DNA of 64,000 nt from Octopus vulgaris (Eukaryota). How positions within the stretch are numbered: the first letter of the stretch is position 1; every line of letters starts with the position of its first letter. The stretch is taken from the NCBI GenBank assembly GCA_951406725.2, contig OX597815.1, positions 108,686,001 to 108,750,000 on the forward strand, given 5' to 3'. The notes under the pieces were generated by a model. It was not told the DNA's origin. It did not search any database and worked only from the letters and a program-made list of their open reading frames with translations. This document shows positions 52,589-64,000 of the stretch, in pieces. The position numbers and the translations under genes were made by a program.

Positions 52589-53534
52589 AACTAAGTAGAA
52601 ACCTTACAATATATTTTTCTTGCTATAGATACTGTTATTGCTTTTTATCTCCAGTTTGAGTCTAACTGAACAGACTTATAACTAAAGACGTTCTAGCTGT
52701 GACACTTCATTGTTTTGTATATCCAGAGTTGCGTTATCCAAGTTGTTAATAGCAGGTAAAATGATTGGCGAGAGGTTCTCTTGTAGGTTCATTCCTTGCC
52801 TGTTGGAAAGAGGAATGAGACATCAAGATAGCTACAACTCTACCCTATTTGAGGGGAAGTTCACTAACCTCTAGTGTTGTGAGCCAAAATTGTGATAAAA
52901 GTTGCTGCTGCTATCCTAAGTTTACATATAACCTACCAGCCAGTTCGCTGTGTCAATGGCTTCTTTTTATCTAGAGGCTACTTAAGAGACTGTATATTTA
53001 AGCATTGCTCTAGATCTTTTATCATAAAATTGCCCACACCTGAGAGATGGTTCAGCAGACATTCATAGTACTTATGTCAGTATTTCTGTATTTGGTTATC
53101 AATTAATTTTGTGACATCCTCATTTAGATGCCTAACACAGCTAAAAACTTAATGTAATAGATAAGTATTGCACTGTTTTCTCTCATCAGTTGTTCATGTT
53201 TCATTTATCATCTTCATTTACAAGATCCATTACTAGCCCTTTACCTGTCCTACATATACATGATACACAGAACATATTTCTCTGGCATCCATGCATCATG
53301 TATGAAACACATACCCTATAACCAGAGTAACTTGGGACTTATGAAAGGAAGACTTTATATTATTCAGAATGTATGAAACTAAAAATTTGAAAACAAGCAT
53401 GGACATTTAGTACAAACATGGAAATGCTTCAAACAAGCACAGGATTAACCTAATTTCATTATAATTTCATTCTTATAAACATTGAATTTCATTTCAATCC
53501 AATAATCTGTTTGGGAAAATTTTGAATATTATTT

Positions 53535-54205
53535 TATTCTTTTATTCTTTTATTTGTTTCAGTTGTTTGACTGTGGCCATACTGGAGCACCACCTTTAGT
53601 CGAGCAAACTGACCCAGGGCTTATTATTTGTAAGCCTTGTGCTTATTCTATTGGTCTCTTTTGCCAAACCCCTAAGTTACGGGGAGATAAACACACCAAC
53701 ATCGGTTGTCAAGTGATGTTGCGGGGGACAAACACAGAGACATAAATATATACATATATATATAAATATATATATGCATAAACATAAACAGCAAGGTTTG
53801 AGTTCCTTGAGACATTAAGCTTCATCAAATGCCTTATTCAGCTGATATAAGCATAACTTGTAAAAGTAAAAGACCCACTTCGGTCGTGAATGACCATGGG
53901 ATTGCACCTAGAAAGTTCTTCTCCAAAGCACAAGTCCAGGTAATGTTGCTTGTGGAAGACCAAAGGTTGCACATGCATACCAGCCTCCCCTCTCCACACC
54001 ATTGATGTTATCCAAAGGAAGGGCAAAGGCCAATGCAGCTTGGCACCAGTGATGTTGCAACTCATTTATATAACTGAGTGAACTGGAGTAACATGAAATA
54101 AAGTGTCTTGCTCAAGAACACAACACACTGCCCTGTCTGAGAATTGAACTTGTTAACTCATGGTGAGAGCTTGATACTCTAACACTGAGCAGTGCATCTT
54201 CAAAG
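53535..54205 (-). mobile_element. SINE-A 3' half (53535-53760) plus tRNA-derived SINE family D (53870-54205)
   Basis: Family D body ggtcgtgaatgaccatgggattgcacctagaaag..., shared with 59432-59745, whose head has B box GCTCGAATCCC on the minus strand. Confidence 0.8.
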
Positions 54206-54485
54206 CATAACTTGTAGCATGAAAAAAAAATGGATGTAAAAATAAATCAACATCCGTTTTGGCTCCACGTTGCAGAAAATGATAATGAAAAGGTTGCAAT
54301 CTTTTAATCTTTTACTCTTTTACTGATTTCACCTAGAGGCTGGGGCCATACTGAAGCATTGCCTTTATGAGAATTTCTTAAATAAGTTTTCTGATTTTAG
54401 AACTGCCAAATTGATAAAGGTTTGAAGGTAAGAATGAGAAAGTTTTAAAAACTTTTTAAAATATCCACTGAAAGTGAAAAGAATA

Positions 54486-55058
54486 CTGTAAAATCCCATG
54501 AAATTTGCACACCTGTGTAATTTATGCAGGTGATTTTCAGGATAAAATTTATTTAAAGAAGCTTCTACTCATGTAAAATTCGCACCCAAAAGTTTTCAGA
54601 ATTGCCGGTATGGCCTGGAAGAAAAGGTTTTCAATTTAGTTGTATTTAGCAGAAATTTCACTTACTTATGATTAGATTTTATCAAATTTTCATTAAATAA
54701 AAATAATTTCTGTTTAACAGATATTACATTAAAAGCTATTAAATTACAAAGTGTTTGTGTTGTTTATAATAATATGACCCAGACTGTGATTACCAGCATG
54801 AACGTCAGACTCCAAAAAGTAGTTAACCATTTAATGGTTTTAGTAAATTTATACAGAAAAAGTAAGCATTATACCATCCAGCATAAATATTTAAGCCCTT
54901 ATTTTTTCTGTAAAATCCTATCTTGACACTAAATGAGTCTTTTTTCAACAAAAAAATATTAATTTTTAAATTTTAAAGTTGATTTTTAATTTTGTACCCC
55001 TAGAGTTGATTTTTAATTTTGTGGGAAAAAAATGCGTAAATTACATGGGTTTTTACAG
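54486..55058. mobile_element. TA-flanked MITE (pogo/Tigger-like)
   Basis: TA|ctgtaaaatcccatgaaattt ... aaattacatgggtttttacag|TA, 19/21 TIR match; no ORF. Confidence 0.8.
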
Positions 55059-56599
55059 TATATGTTTGGTTTCTGAAAAGAAATGCTTGACAAATGTGCT
55101 TATACTTAATCAGCTGTATAAATCTATTGTTATTCGTAATCTTTCTAGAAACTGCTTAGTAAGAAACATTTGACCAGTTTGTGTAAGAAAGAATTTCCTT
55201 ACTTCACTCAATAGTTAATGCCTATTTAATGCCAATTTCAAGATGACATAGAAAAATTTCTCATAAGAAGAAGATAATGCAAATTACAATTTGGTTATGA
55301 AAGAATGAATTTAATTTTCAAATTAGGGAAACAATCTCATCCCCACTAAGATCATTTGCATTAGATTCCTTCTCATTAAGATAAGTATGTTCATGAATGT
55401 GTATATGAATGCGCATGTGTGTCTTCATGGGTGTATGAGTAGTGCATGTTTGCATGTATGTGTTTGAGTGTGTGAGGTCTGTGAGGATGTGTGTATCAAA
55501 TAATGAGATAATATAATCCTCTCATTTCTATTTATCAAATAATTGCTTATTATAACCAAGCCTTTCTATAAATATGTATGCATTCATGGATATAAGCATA
55601 TATGTATAAATGGATGCATGTATGTATCTATTTATATTTATATTATTATAGTCATATACATGTATATTAGTGTGTGTGTTTGTGTGTATGTGTATCATTA
55701 TATTCATATACATATATACATACATATATATATATATATAAATACTTATATACATATATATGTGAGTGTATATGCATATGTATCTATGTATAAATGCATA
55801 TCTATCTATCTATTTATCTACACACACACACACATATATATATGTATGTATGTATATATGCAAAAGATAGCAGATGAAAATGACAAAGAATTTTATAGAA
55901 ATTTATAGGAAAGCAAAAAAATAAGAAGAGAAACAAGACAGCGTCATCTATCAAATTCATTTGCATACTATTATTTATGACTTGCTGTACTTTGAGATCT
56001 ATTATTCTAAAAAATAATTATTTTGCATTTTGTCTTCGCCAACAGGACACCTATTACATTTTTTTTTTCTTGTAGTCACCTGAGCACTGTACACAACAAT
56101 TTTATTACACACACACACATATACATATGAATGTATGTATGTATGTATATATATATGTATGTATATGTATATATGTATATCCAGTTCTTCATATATACAC
56201 TACATAAAATTATATTGACTATAAAATTAGTTAAGAATAGCTCAAGCCATTTAACTAGCCTATATTTGAAATGGATAAATCCTTTCAAATCCCTAGTTAC
56301 TGGAAATATATATAATCTCTACTTTGAATAATTATTCTAAATACAAATCATGTTTGTCAATTAATCAGTTTCTTCAAAACAACTACCACTATTATCACTT
56401 GCAATGATATCACCATGTATAAACTCTGGTTGTAAATCCTATTCCTAATGAGTTCAAGTTAGAGGTGGAAATTTGTATTAAAAATGAAAGACAAAATTAA
56501 TCCTTTTGATATCGTGATTTTATGTAAGAACCATTTTGATAAATTATATCCAGACACTACATTAATAATCATTGTTAATTTAAGAACTAGGTCAGCACT

Positions 56600-57570
56600 T
56601 TTGAAGAGGAGTGGAGTCAGCCAATATAGCAAATCCCAGTACTTGACTGGTACTCTATTTCATCGTTCACAAATAAACGAAAGGCAAGACTGATATAGGC
56701 AAGATTAGAACTCAATATGTAAAGAGTTGGAATTTACGACCAGACTCTAAAAATTGTGACAGTACATCATTTTATAAACATTATATTAATAATCTAAGGC
56801 AGCAAGCTGGCAGAAACGTTAGCATGCCAGGCAAAATGCTTAGTGGTATTTTGTCTGTCTTTACATTCTGTGTTCAAATTCTGCCGAGGTCAACTTTGCC
56901 TTTCATTAAATACCAGTTGTGTACTGGGGTCAATCTAATCAACTGGCCCCCTACCCAAAAATTTCAGGCCTTATGCCAAGAATAGAAAAGTTTATATTAA
57001 TAATCCTTTCTACTACATGCACATAGGCAGAATTTTGTAGGGAGGGTACTAGTTGACTACATTGACCCCCAATGCTCAACTGGTATTTATTTCATTGAGT
57101 CCAAACATTTGAAAGGCATCATTGGAATTTGGCATTTCATCCTACAAAAAATGCTAGGCATTTTCCCCAGAACAGCAACAATTCTGCAAGCTCACCACCT
57201 TACACTAAATTAGTAATGATTTCTACTTATTGGCTCCAGAGGATTGAAAGGTAAAGTTAACCTTGATGAGATTTGAACTCAAACTGTAAATAGCCAGAAG
57301 AGATATTGCTGAGCAATTTTTTACCCAATGGACTAGCTTGTCACTTTATAGACACTAGATTATTCTTTTCTACTCTAGGCACAAAGCCTGAAATTTTTGG
57401 GGAGGGTGCCAGTCGATCCCAGTATGCAACTGGTACTTAATTTATCAACTCTGAAAAGATGAAAGGCAAAGTCAACCTCGGTGGAATTTGAACACAGAAC
57501 GTAAAGACAGACAAAATATCACTAAGCATTTCACCAGGCATGCTAATGTTTCTGCCAGCCCACTGCCTTC
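56600..57570. mobile_element. Cluster of Nin-type SINEs in both orientations
   Basis: + copy 56797-56992; - copies at ~56600-56760, 57005-57200, 57230-57340 and 57360-57570. Confidence 0.78.
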
Positions 57571-57728
57571 CTCCAAGGTATTTATTATTTTAAGAATTAC
57601 TTACAAAATAAGCAATGCATTTCAAAGTAAATATAGTCATAAGATATTGCTACATATGAACATGTTGAAGTCGTTTTCAAATATTTCTCTGGTCAAATTC
57701 TTACATGCTGTCCAATCTAAAAGCATGA

Positions 57729-57775
<47 letters not shown>

Positions 57776-58109
57776 TTATTTGTTTTATTTTATTTTCATA
57801 AATGTATCATAAATTCCTGACAGGATGCTGTATCAGGAAAAGATGGCTAATTTAACATAAATCCACAAAATATGGCTGTAATACTAAAATGAAAAACTAC
57901 TTTGAATTTTGAGAACCATTTGTGAAATGAACAACTAATGATCTCCCAAGTGCCATTAAATGCTATATATGCCATTATTATCATTGTCATCGTTGTTGTC
58001 ATCACCGTTGCTGTCATTATCATCTACAGCAGCAGCAGCAGTAGCAGCAATATTGAGGTTATCTTTATCAATAAGCAACATTTTTGTAAATTTATGCTTT
58101 TCTTTAAAT

Positions 58110-58583
58110 TTTATCTTTTATCTTGTTTCAGTCATTGGAATGTGGCCATGCTGGAACACCAACTCGAAGGGCTTAGTCAAACAAATCACCTCCTGTAATC
58201 AATTTCTAACCATGGTATTTATTCTACTGGTTTCTTTTGCCAAACTACTAAATTACAGGGATCTAAACAAACCAACACCAGTTGTTAAGCAGAGGTGGAA
58301 GAGAAATACAGACACAAAGACACATTCATGGACATATATATATATATGTATATATATACCTACATACATACATGCATACATATATACATACTTACATACT
58401 TACACACACACACACAAAAATACTGTGATATTGTTGAAATTCCAATGAAGGAGCCTTCGATCTAGGTTAGAAACCAGCTCTTTCACTATTAGCAAGAAAT
58501 CTTGAAACAAAACTGAATAATGACTCATACATACACACATGCATACATACATGCATACATACATACATACATACATACATACA

Positions 58584-58615
<32 letters not shown>

Positions 58616-59910
58616 CAACATGCTTCTTTCAGATTGCATTTACCAAATCCACTCACATGGCTTTGGTCAGCCCAAGACTATAGTAGCAGACACTTGCCCA
58701 AAGTGTCACACAGTAAGACTGAACCTGGAACCATCCGGTTGGGAAGCAAACTTTTTACCAGAATCATACCTCTTTTATCTCTTTTACTCTTTTACTTGTT
58801 CCAGTCATGTGACTGTGGTCATGCTGGAGCACCACCTTTCATCGAGCAAATCGACCCCAGGACTTATTCTTTGTAAGCTTAGTACTTAGTCTATTGGTCT
58901 CTTTTGCCAAACCGCTAAGTTATGGGGACATAAAAACACTACTGCATCAGTTGTCAAGCAATGTTGGAGAGACAAACACAGACACACAAATATATACACA
59001 CACATACATATATATATATACATATACAAGACGGGCTTCTTTCAGTTTTCTCTACCAAATCTACTCACAAGGCTTTGGTCCACCCAAAGCTATAGTAGAA
59101 GACACTTGCCCAAGGTGCCACGCAGTGGGACTGAACCCGGAACCATGTGGTTGATAAGGAAGCTACTTATCACACAGCCACTCCTACTAACTTTTATCTT
59201 TTACTTGTTTCAGTCATTAGACTGCAGCCATGCTGGGATACCACCTTGAAGAACTTTTAGTCAAATGTATTAACTCTAATACTTATTTTTTTAAAAGCCT
59301 GGTACTTATTCTATAGGTCCCTTTTGTCAAACTGCTAGGTTATGAAGTTATGGGGATGTAAACACACCACCACTAGTTGTCAAGTGGTGGTAGGGGGACA
59401 AACACAGACACAAAAAGACACACACACATCTGAGACACCCTTTGGTCATGACTGACCATGGGATTGCACCTAGAAGGTTACCCTCGCAGGCACAAGTCCG
59501 GGCAAGGTTGTTTATGGAAGACCAGCAGTTGCCCATGCATACCGGCCTCCCATCTCCAAGCCACCAGTGATATCCAAGGGATAGGCAAAGGCTGATACAG
59601 CTTGGCACCTGTGACATCGCAACTCATTTCTACATCGCAACTCATTGTGTCTTGCTCAAGAACACAACTCACTGCCTGGTCCGGGATTCGAGCTCACAAC
59701 CTCACGATTGTAAGCTCGATGCTCTAACCACTGAGCCATGCTCATACGCACATTCATATATATGGGCTTCTTTCAATTTCCATCTACCAAATCTGCTCAC
59801 AAAGCTTTGGTCAGCACAAGGCTATAGTAGAAGACACTTTCCCAAAGTGCCATGAGTGGGACTGAACTTGGAATCATGTGGTTTGAAAGCAAGCTTCTTA
59901 CCACACAGAA
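58110..59910 (-). mobile_element. Three tandem SINE-A copies, two with nested insertions
   Basis: 58110-58760 (110-bp element inside its microsatellite), 58770-59188, and 59192-59910 (SINE-D at 59432-59745 inside its microsatellite). Confidence 0.85.
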
Positions 59911-60549
59911 GAGTAACTCAAAGAGTAAGAAGAATTCTCATAATCATTCTTTTTGTTGTTGTACTGTTGTGGGATAGAGATCACCACTGATACTTGGAGG
60001 AGAAGAAGGCTATTCTCAGACCAGAGACCTTGCCAAACTGCCCTCGGCAGCATGTTCTCTGCTCAAGGCACCCAGGAACTATGCGGTGGTGTTAAATCAG
60101 GTAGTGGAGTAATACTAAGTAATTATGTACAACTAAATATTAATTTCTCTCTCTCACTCTACATATTTTCTGAAACTTAAATAACTTAAATAGATCCATT
60201 ATGAATATATAATTGATATTCTGTTGTGACAGCTTAAAGGGTTAAAATATTAGATAAAAGGTTAATCTTGGATTAAAGTTATGTGCTATAGACAGAAATG
60301 TAATATGGAGAAAGTGCTTCTTACTTAGCGGTCATAACTGGATACAAGAATAGTTTATTAAATGTCAATAAATTATTCAGAATTTGTATTTTGTTCTCAT
60401 TGGATAATAGTTTTGGTCAACATGTGCAAGGGATTGCTGTAAGAAAAATCTCTTTAAAAGGAACACTTGTAAAGGTACACATCTATAAGAGATGATGATA
60501 ATGGTGGTGGCTGCTATGATGATGATGATAGAAATGGTAGCAAAAACAT

Positions 60550-62200
60550 TAATTACCTCTCCTATAGGATAGTGGTAAAAAGGTGCTGATGTATAAAGGA
60601 TTTGCTAATCAGTTTGCTAACACTTTGTGTATCACCTACATTGCTTCTACGTAAGTTCTTCTTTAATGTGAAACATAACTCATGTTTTTGTAGAGGGGCA
60701 GCAGATTTTTACACTGAAATATTTTCTGACCCCAAAGAAGAAAAATTGTATGTCAGTTTAATAATGTTTAAGTGTAGAGTTGCCACAAATAAACAATCAG
60801 AAACTGTGAGGCCTTTTTTTTGTGAATCTGACAGTTTTAACTATGTGTTATTCATGAGTAAAGGTGTAGTATTTCTCAGACTGTGATTTGATAGACAAGG
60901 CTTGCAGGATGTATTTAGTTCAATAAGATAACACCTACATATAGGAGGCCAATGGGGAATGAAGTGTGATGTCATTAATGATGGAGTGTGTTTAGTAATA
61001 AGTAACCATATGAAGTTCATTAATTGACAGTTGGAAGAATGTAGAAGACATAGCTAAATCTTAAAGTACATCCTGGTTTATAAAATGTGAATTGGAAAGG
61101 TATCATTAAAGTGAGCCATCTAATAAGAAACTTCTCACTTCAAGAGATGAAAGCCTTCAAAATCCATAAACGCACAACTTTTCTGTAAGATTCACTTACT
61201 AGGTATGACTAATGTTTCCAAGAGTAAGAGGTCAGTGATGTCTGATGAAGAATAGTTCATTTCCATAAATCAGGTCCTGTGTTGTTGATTTTGTTGTTAA
61301 ACTGAAGGTCAAATTTGATCAAACACACCTGTGATCAATGGTATTTCAATCATGATCATTTCTTCTTCATATGTGGAAGGAACCTAAGACTACTTCACTC
61401 AATATGTTCTTTCTTGATGAAAGGATGTGAGTTAAGGAGCTTTGGCTACTATTTCTTGCAGGACAAATTATCATGCTGAGATGCCTTCATTGGTTTTGTC
61501 AGACTCTGTGTGCATTGCACTGGTAATAAGAGAGAGAAGGAAAAGCCTTAGATTATGAAAGAGGTGGAAGTTTACAACTTCTTCCATGACCATTGAAATA
61601 TTGGAAGATCAACTGGTGAATAATTAGAAAAATAAGAAAGATTACTTCTTGGGAATATGATACATTATATTATGTTTTCTTAATTCTGGTGTGCCTCTAA
61701 AGAGATAAAGGTAAAAGAATTTGTTAAAGACAGACTACAGCTCAAGCTCATTGTGTCTAAACATGAGGGAAGTACACTGTTAGAATCAGTTGACATGTTG
61801 AGATAATTTGTTTTGAAGTTTTCTCACTAAGTATCTGCATGATCATGGTAATGATATAAATGAAACTGAAAAGCAAAGTTCCACAAGGTGTGTTTAGTGT
61901 ACGATTGGAAGCAAATCAGGTAGCGAAGATAATGTCTTCATCTCTAAGAATTCTACTTACAGAGGAATGATATGTAAGAAGGACTTCACAAAAGTAAAGG
62001 AGGCAATCTTTTTTAGGAACTAGAAATCTCAACTGCATTTCAAGGGAAGAAAGTTTGTAGGCATCTGATAGACAAAAGGTATGTTCTATTTCTCTGATAG
62101 TATTTTTGTATGCTAACAAAAGGGGGTTTGCAGCATTTAAGTTAGATTCAAGTTCACGAATATTGATACAGATGAGAAAGAGACGATCACCAAATTAATT
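60550..62200 (-). pseudogene. Very old LINE ORF2 remnant (APE endonuclease region)
   Basis: NIRELESNL (~62140-62165) resembles the APE start motif NIRGLRSN; HSPLAS (~60945) resembles SPLGSSDH; heavily degenerate. Confidence 0.38.
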
Positions 62201-63209
62201 TTCAACCTTATTTGTAGATTCTGATTTAGTTTCAAGAAAATATTGAATATATGAATGGTGGAGGGAGAAAGAGGAAACACAGCTCAAAGGTTGGAATTAA
62301 ACACAACCGTGAACTCCATTAGTAATCCATTGACAGTGGCTTTACAGTATTCTTGGAATGACTATCTCTAAAAAAAAAAGTATCAAGCCACTGCAATTTG
62401 AAATTGAATGACTGATCTTAAATAATGATAATAATAATAAAGCAAAGTCAAGCTTGGTAGAACTTAAACTCAAAATGTGAAGATGGACAAGATGTCACAA
62501 AGTATTGTGCCAAATATGCTAATGATTCTGCCAGCTTGCCACCTTAATAATAAACATAAAAATGATTAACATGAATAGAATCTATTTTTAAAGAAAATAA
62601 GTGCAAATATTTGAATTTCCTGAATTTATAAATTCATCCAACCTATACAAGTGTAAAATGTAGAAGTAAAAGTGAATTATTGACAAATAAAAATAAGTCA
62701 AAAATACTTAAACTGAAGCCAATAGCGTCACACATTATTTTCATAATTATCTGTGATCTTGCACATCTTTGATAAATCCTATTCCAGCACAAAATAAACA
62801 AATCAATATTCTTTCCACTCCACTTTCCCCTCTATCTACTTTACACACACACACACTAGATAACAACATATTTCGGTTTTTCTTTTATGATATTTTTTAT
62901 ATCAATATATTTTAAATTTGATAGACTGTCAAGAAGAAAACTCAATCATAAACATTTGACTATGTGTGTGTTTGTGTATGTGTATTTATCTATATTTATC
63001 TATGTGGGAATTGTCATCATCACCATTGTCATCATCTTCATCTTTGTCGTCGTTGTCGTCATCATCATCGTTTTATGTCCACTTTCTATACAAACATTGT
63101 GTATGTGCATATAAGTATTTGCATACATGTATGTGTAGGAATATGTGTATAAATATATGTATATATATCTCTGTCTATCTACTTATCTATATATCTTTCT
63201 GTCTCTCTC

Positions 63210-63480
<271 letters not shown>

Positions 63481-64000
63481 TACTTATCTGTTTGCATACT
63501 AACACACATTTTACATATACATACCTCATCTATACATAACTATGTGTGTATGATTATATGCACGAACGCCCATACACAAAAACAAAGATGCATACACATA
63601 CTCTGACATATACACACACAAACGTACATATACACATGCCAACATATAAATATTTGTGAACAAAATAATAATATAAAAATTGTAATTAGAAAATGAAATA
63701 ACAAGCAAGTAATTAATGATTAAAGAGAGGAGAAAAAAAATCAAAATTAAGAGAAGAGAAGAAATTGCAATTATAATGAAGGCCAGGTTGATGAGATAAT
63801 ATTCTGATTGAAAATCAAAGAGTAGCAAATGATGAGATTGAAATGCAACAGCTGTTACTGGGGGAACCACTTCAACTATAAGAATAACAGTAGCAGAAAA
63901 GAAAAACAACAAAAACGAAGATTCAAATATTAGATTGGCTTAAGATAATTTTGCATGGTCATGTGGTAAGAAGCTGGCTTCCCAAACACATTCGTTTTGG

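Overview
AT-rich animal DNA, almost entirely non-coding. The SINE families and dense (TA)n/(CATA)n/(CA)n/(CAT)n microsatellites look like an Octopus (coleoid cephalopod) genome; this is recalled resemblance, not a database result. Nearly all ORFs in the supplied track are translated microsatellites. The real coding content is transposon debris: CR1-clade, RTE and R4/Dong LINE fragments, several Penelope-like elements (PLEs, one Naiad-like RT+GIY-YIG), two mariners, a DD37D (maT) element, a Helitron with an intact 3' hairpin/CTAG, and piggyBac- and pogo-type MITEs, plus at least four tRNA-derived SINE families and an RTE-3'-end repeat, often nested. The most notable signal is about ten minimal hammerhead-ribozyme-like motifs from several unrelated short repeat families. 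Most have a palindromic stem-III loop, most abut microsatellites, and some sit in inverted-repeat pairs. Two weak candidate host exons lie on the minus strand (about 12.1 and 16.5 kb). No complete host gene, RNA gene or CRISPR array was found. TE boundaries without TIRs or TSDs are approximate.
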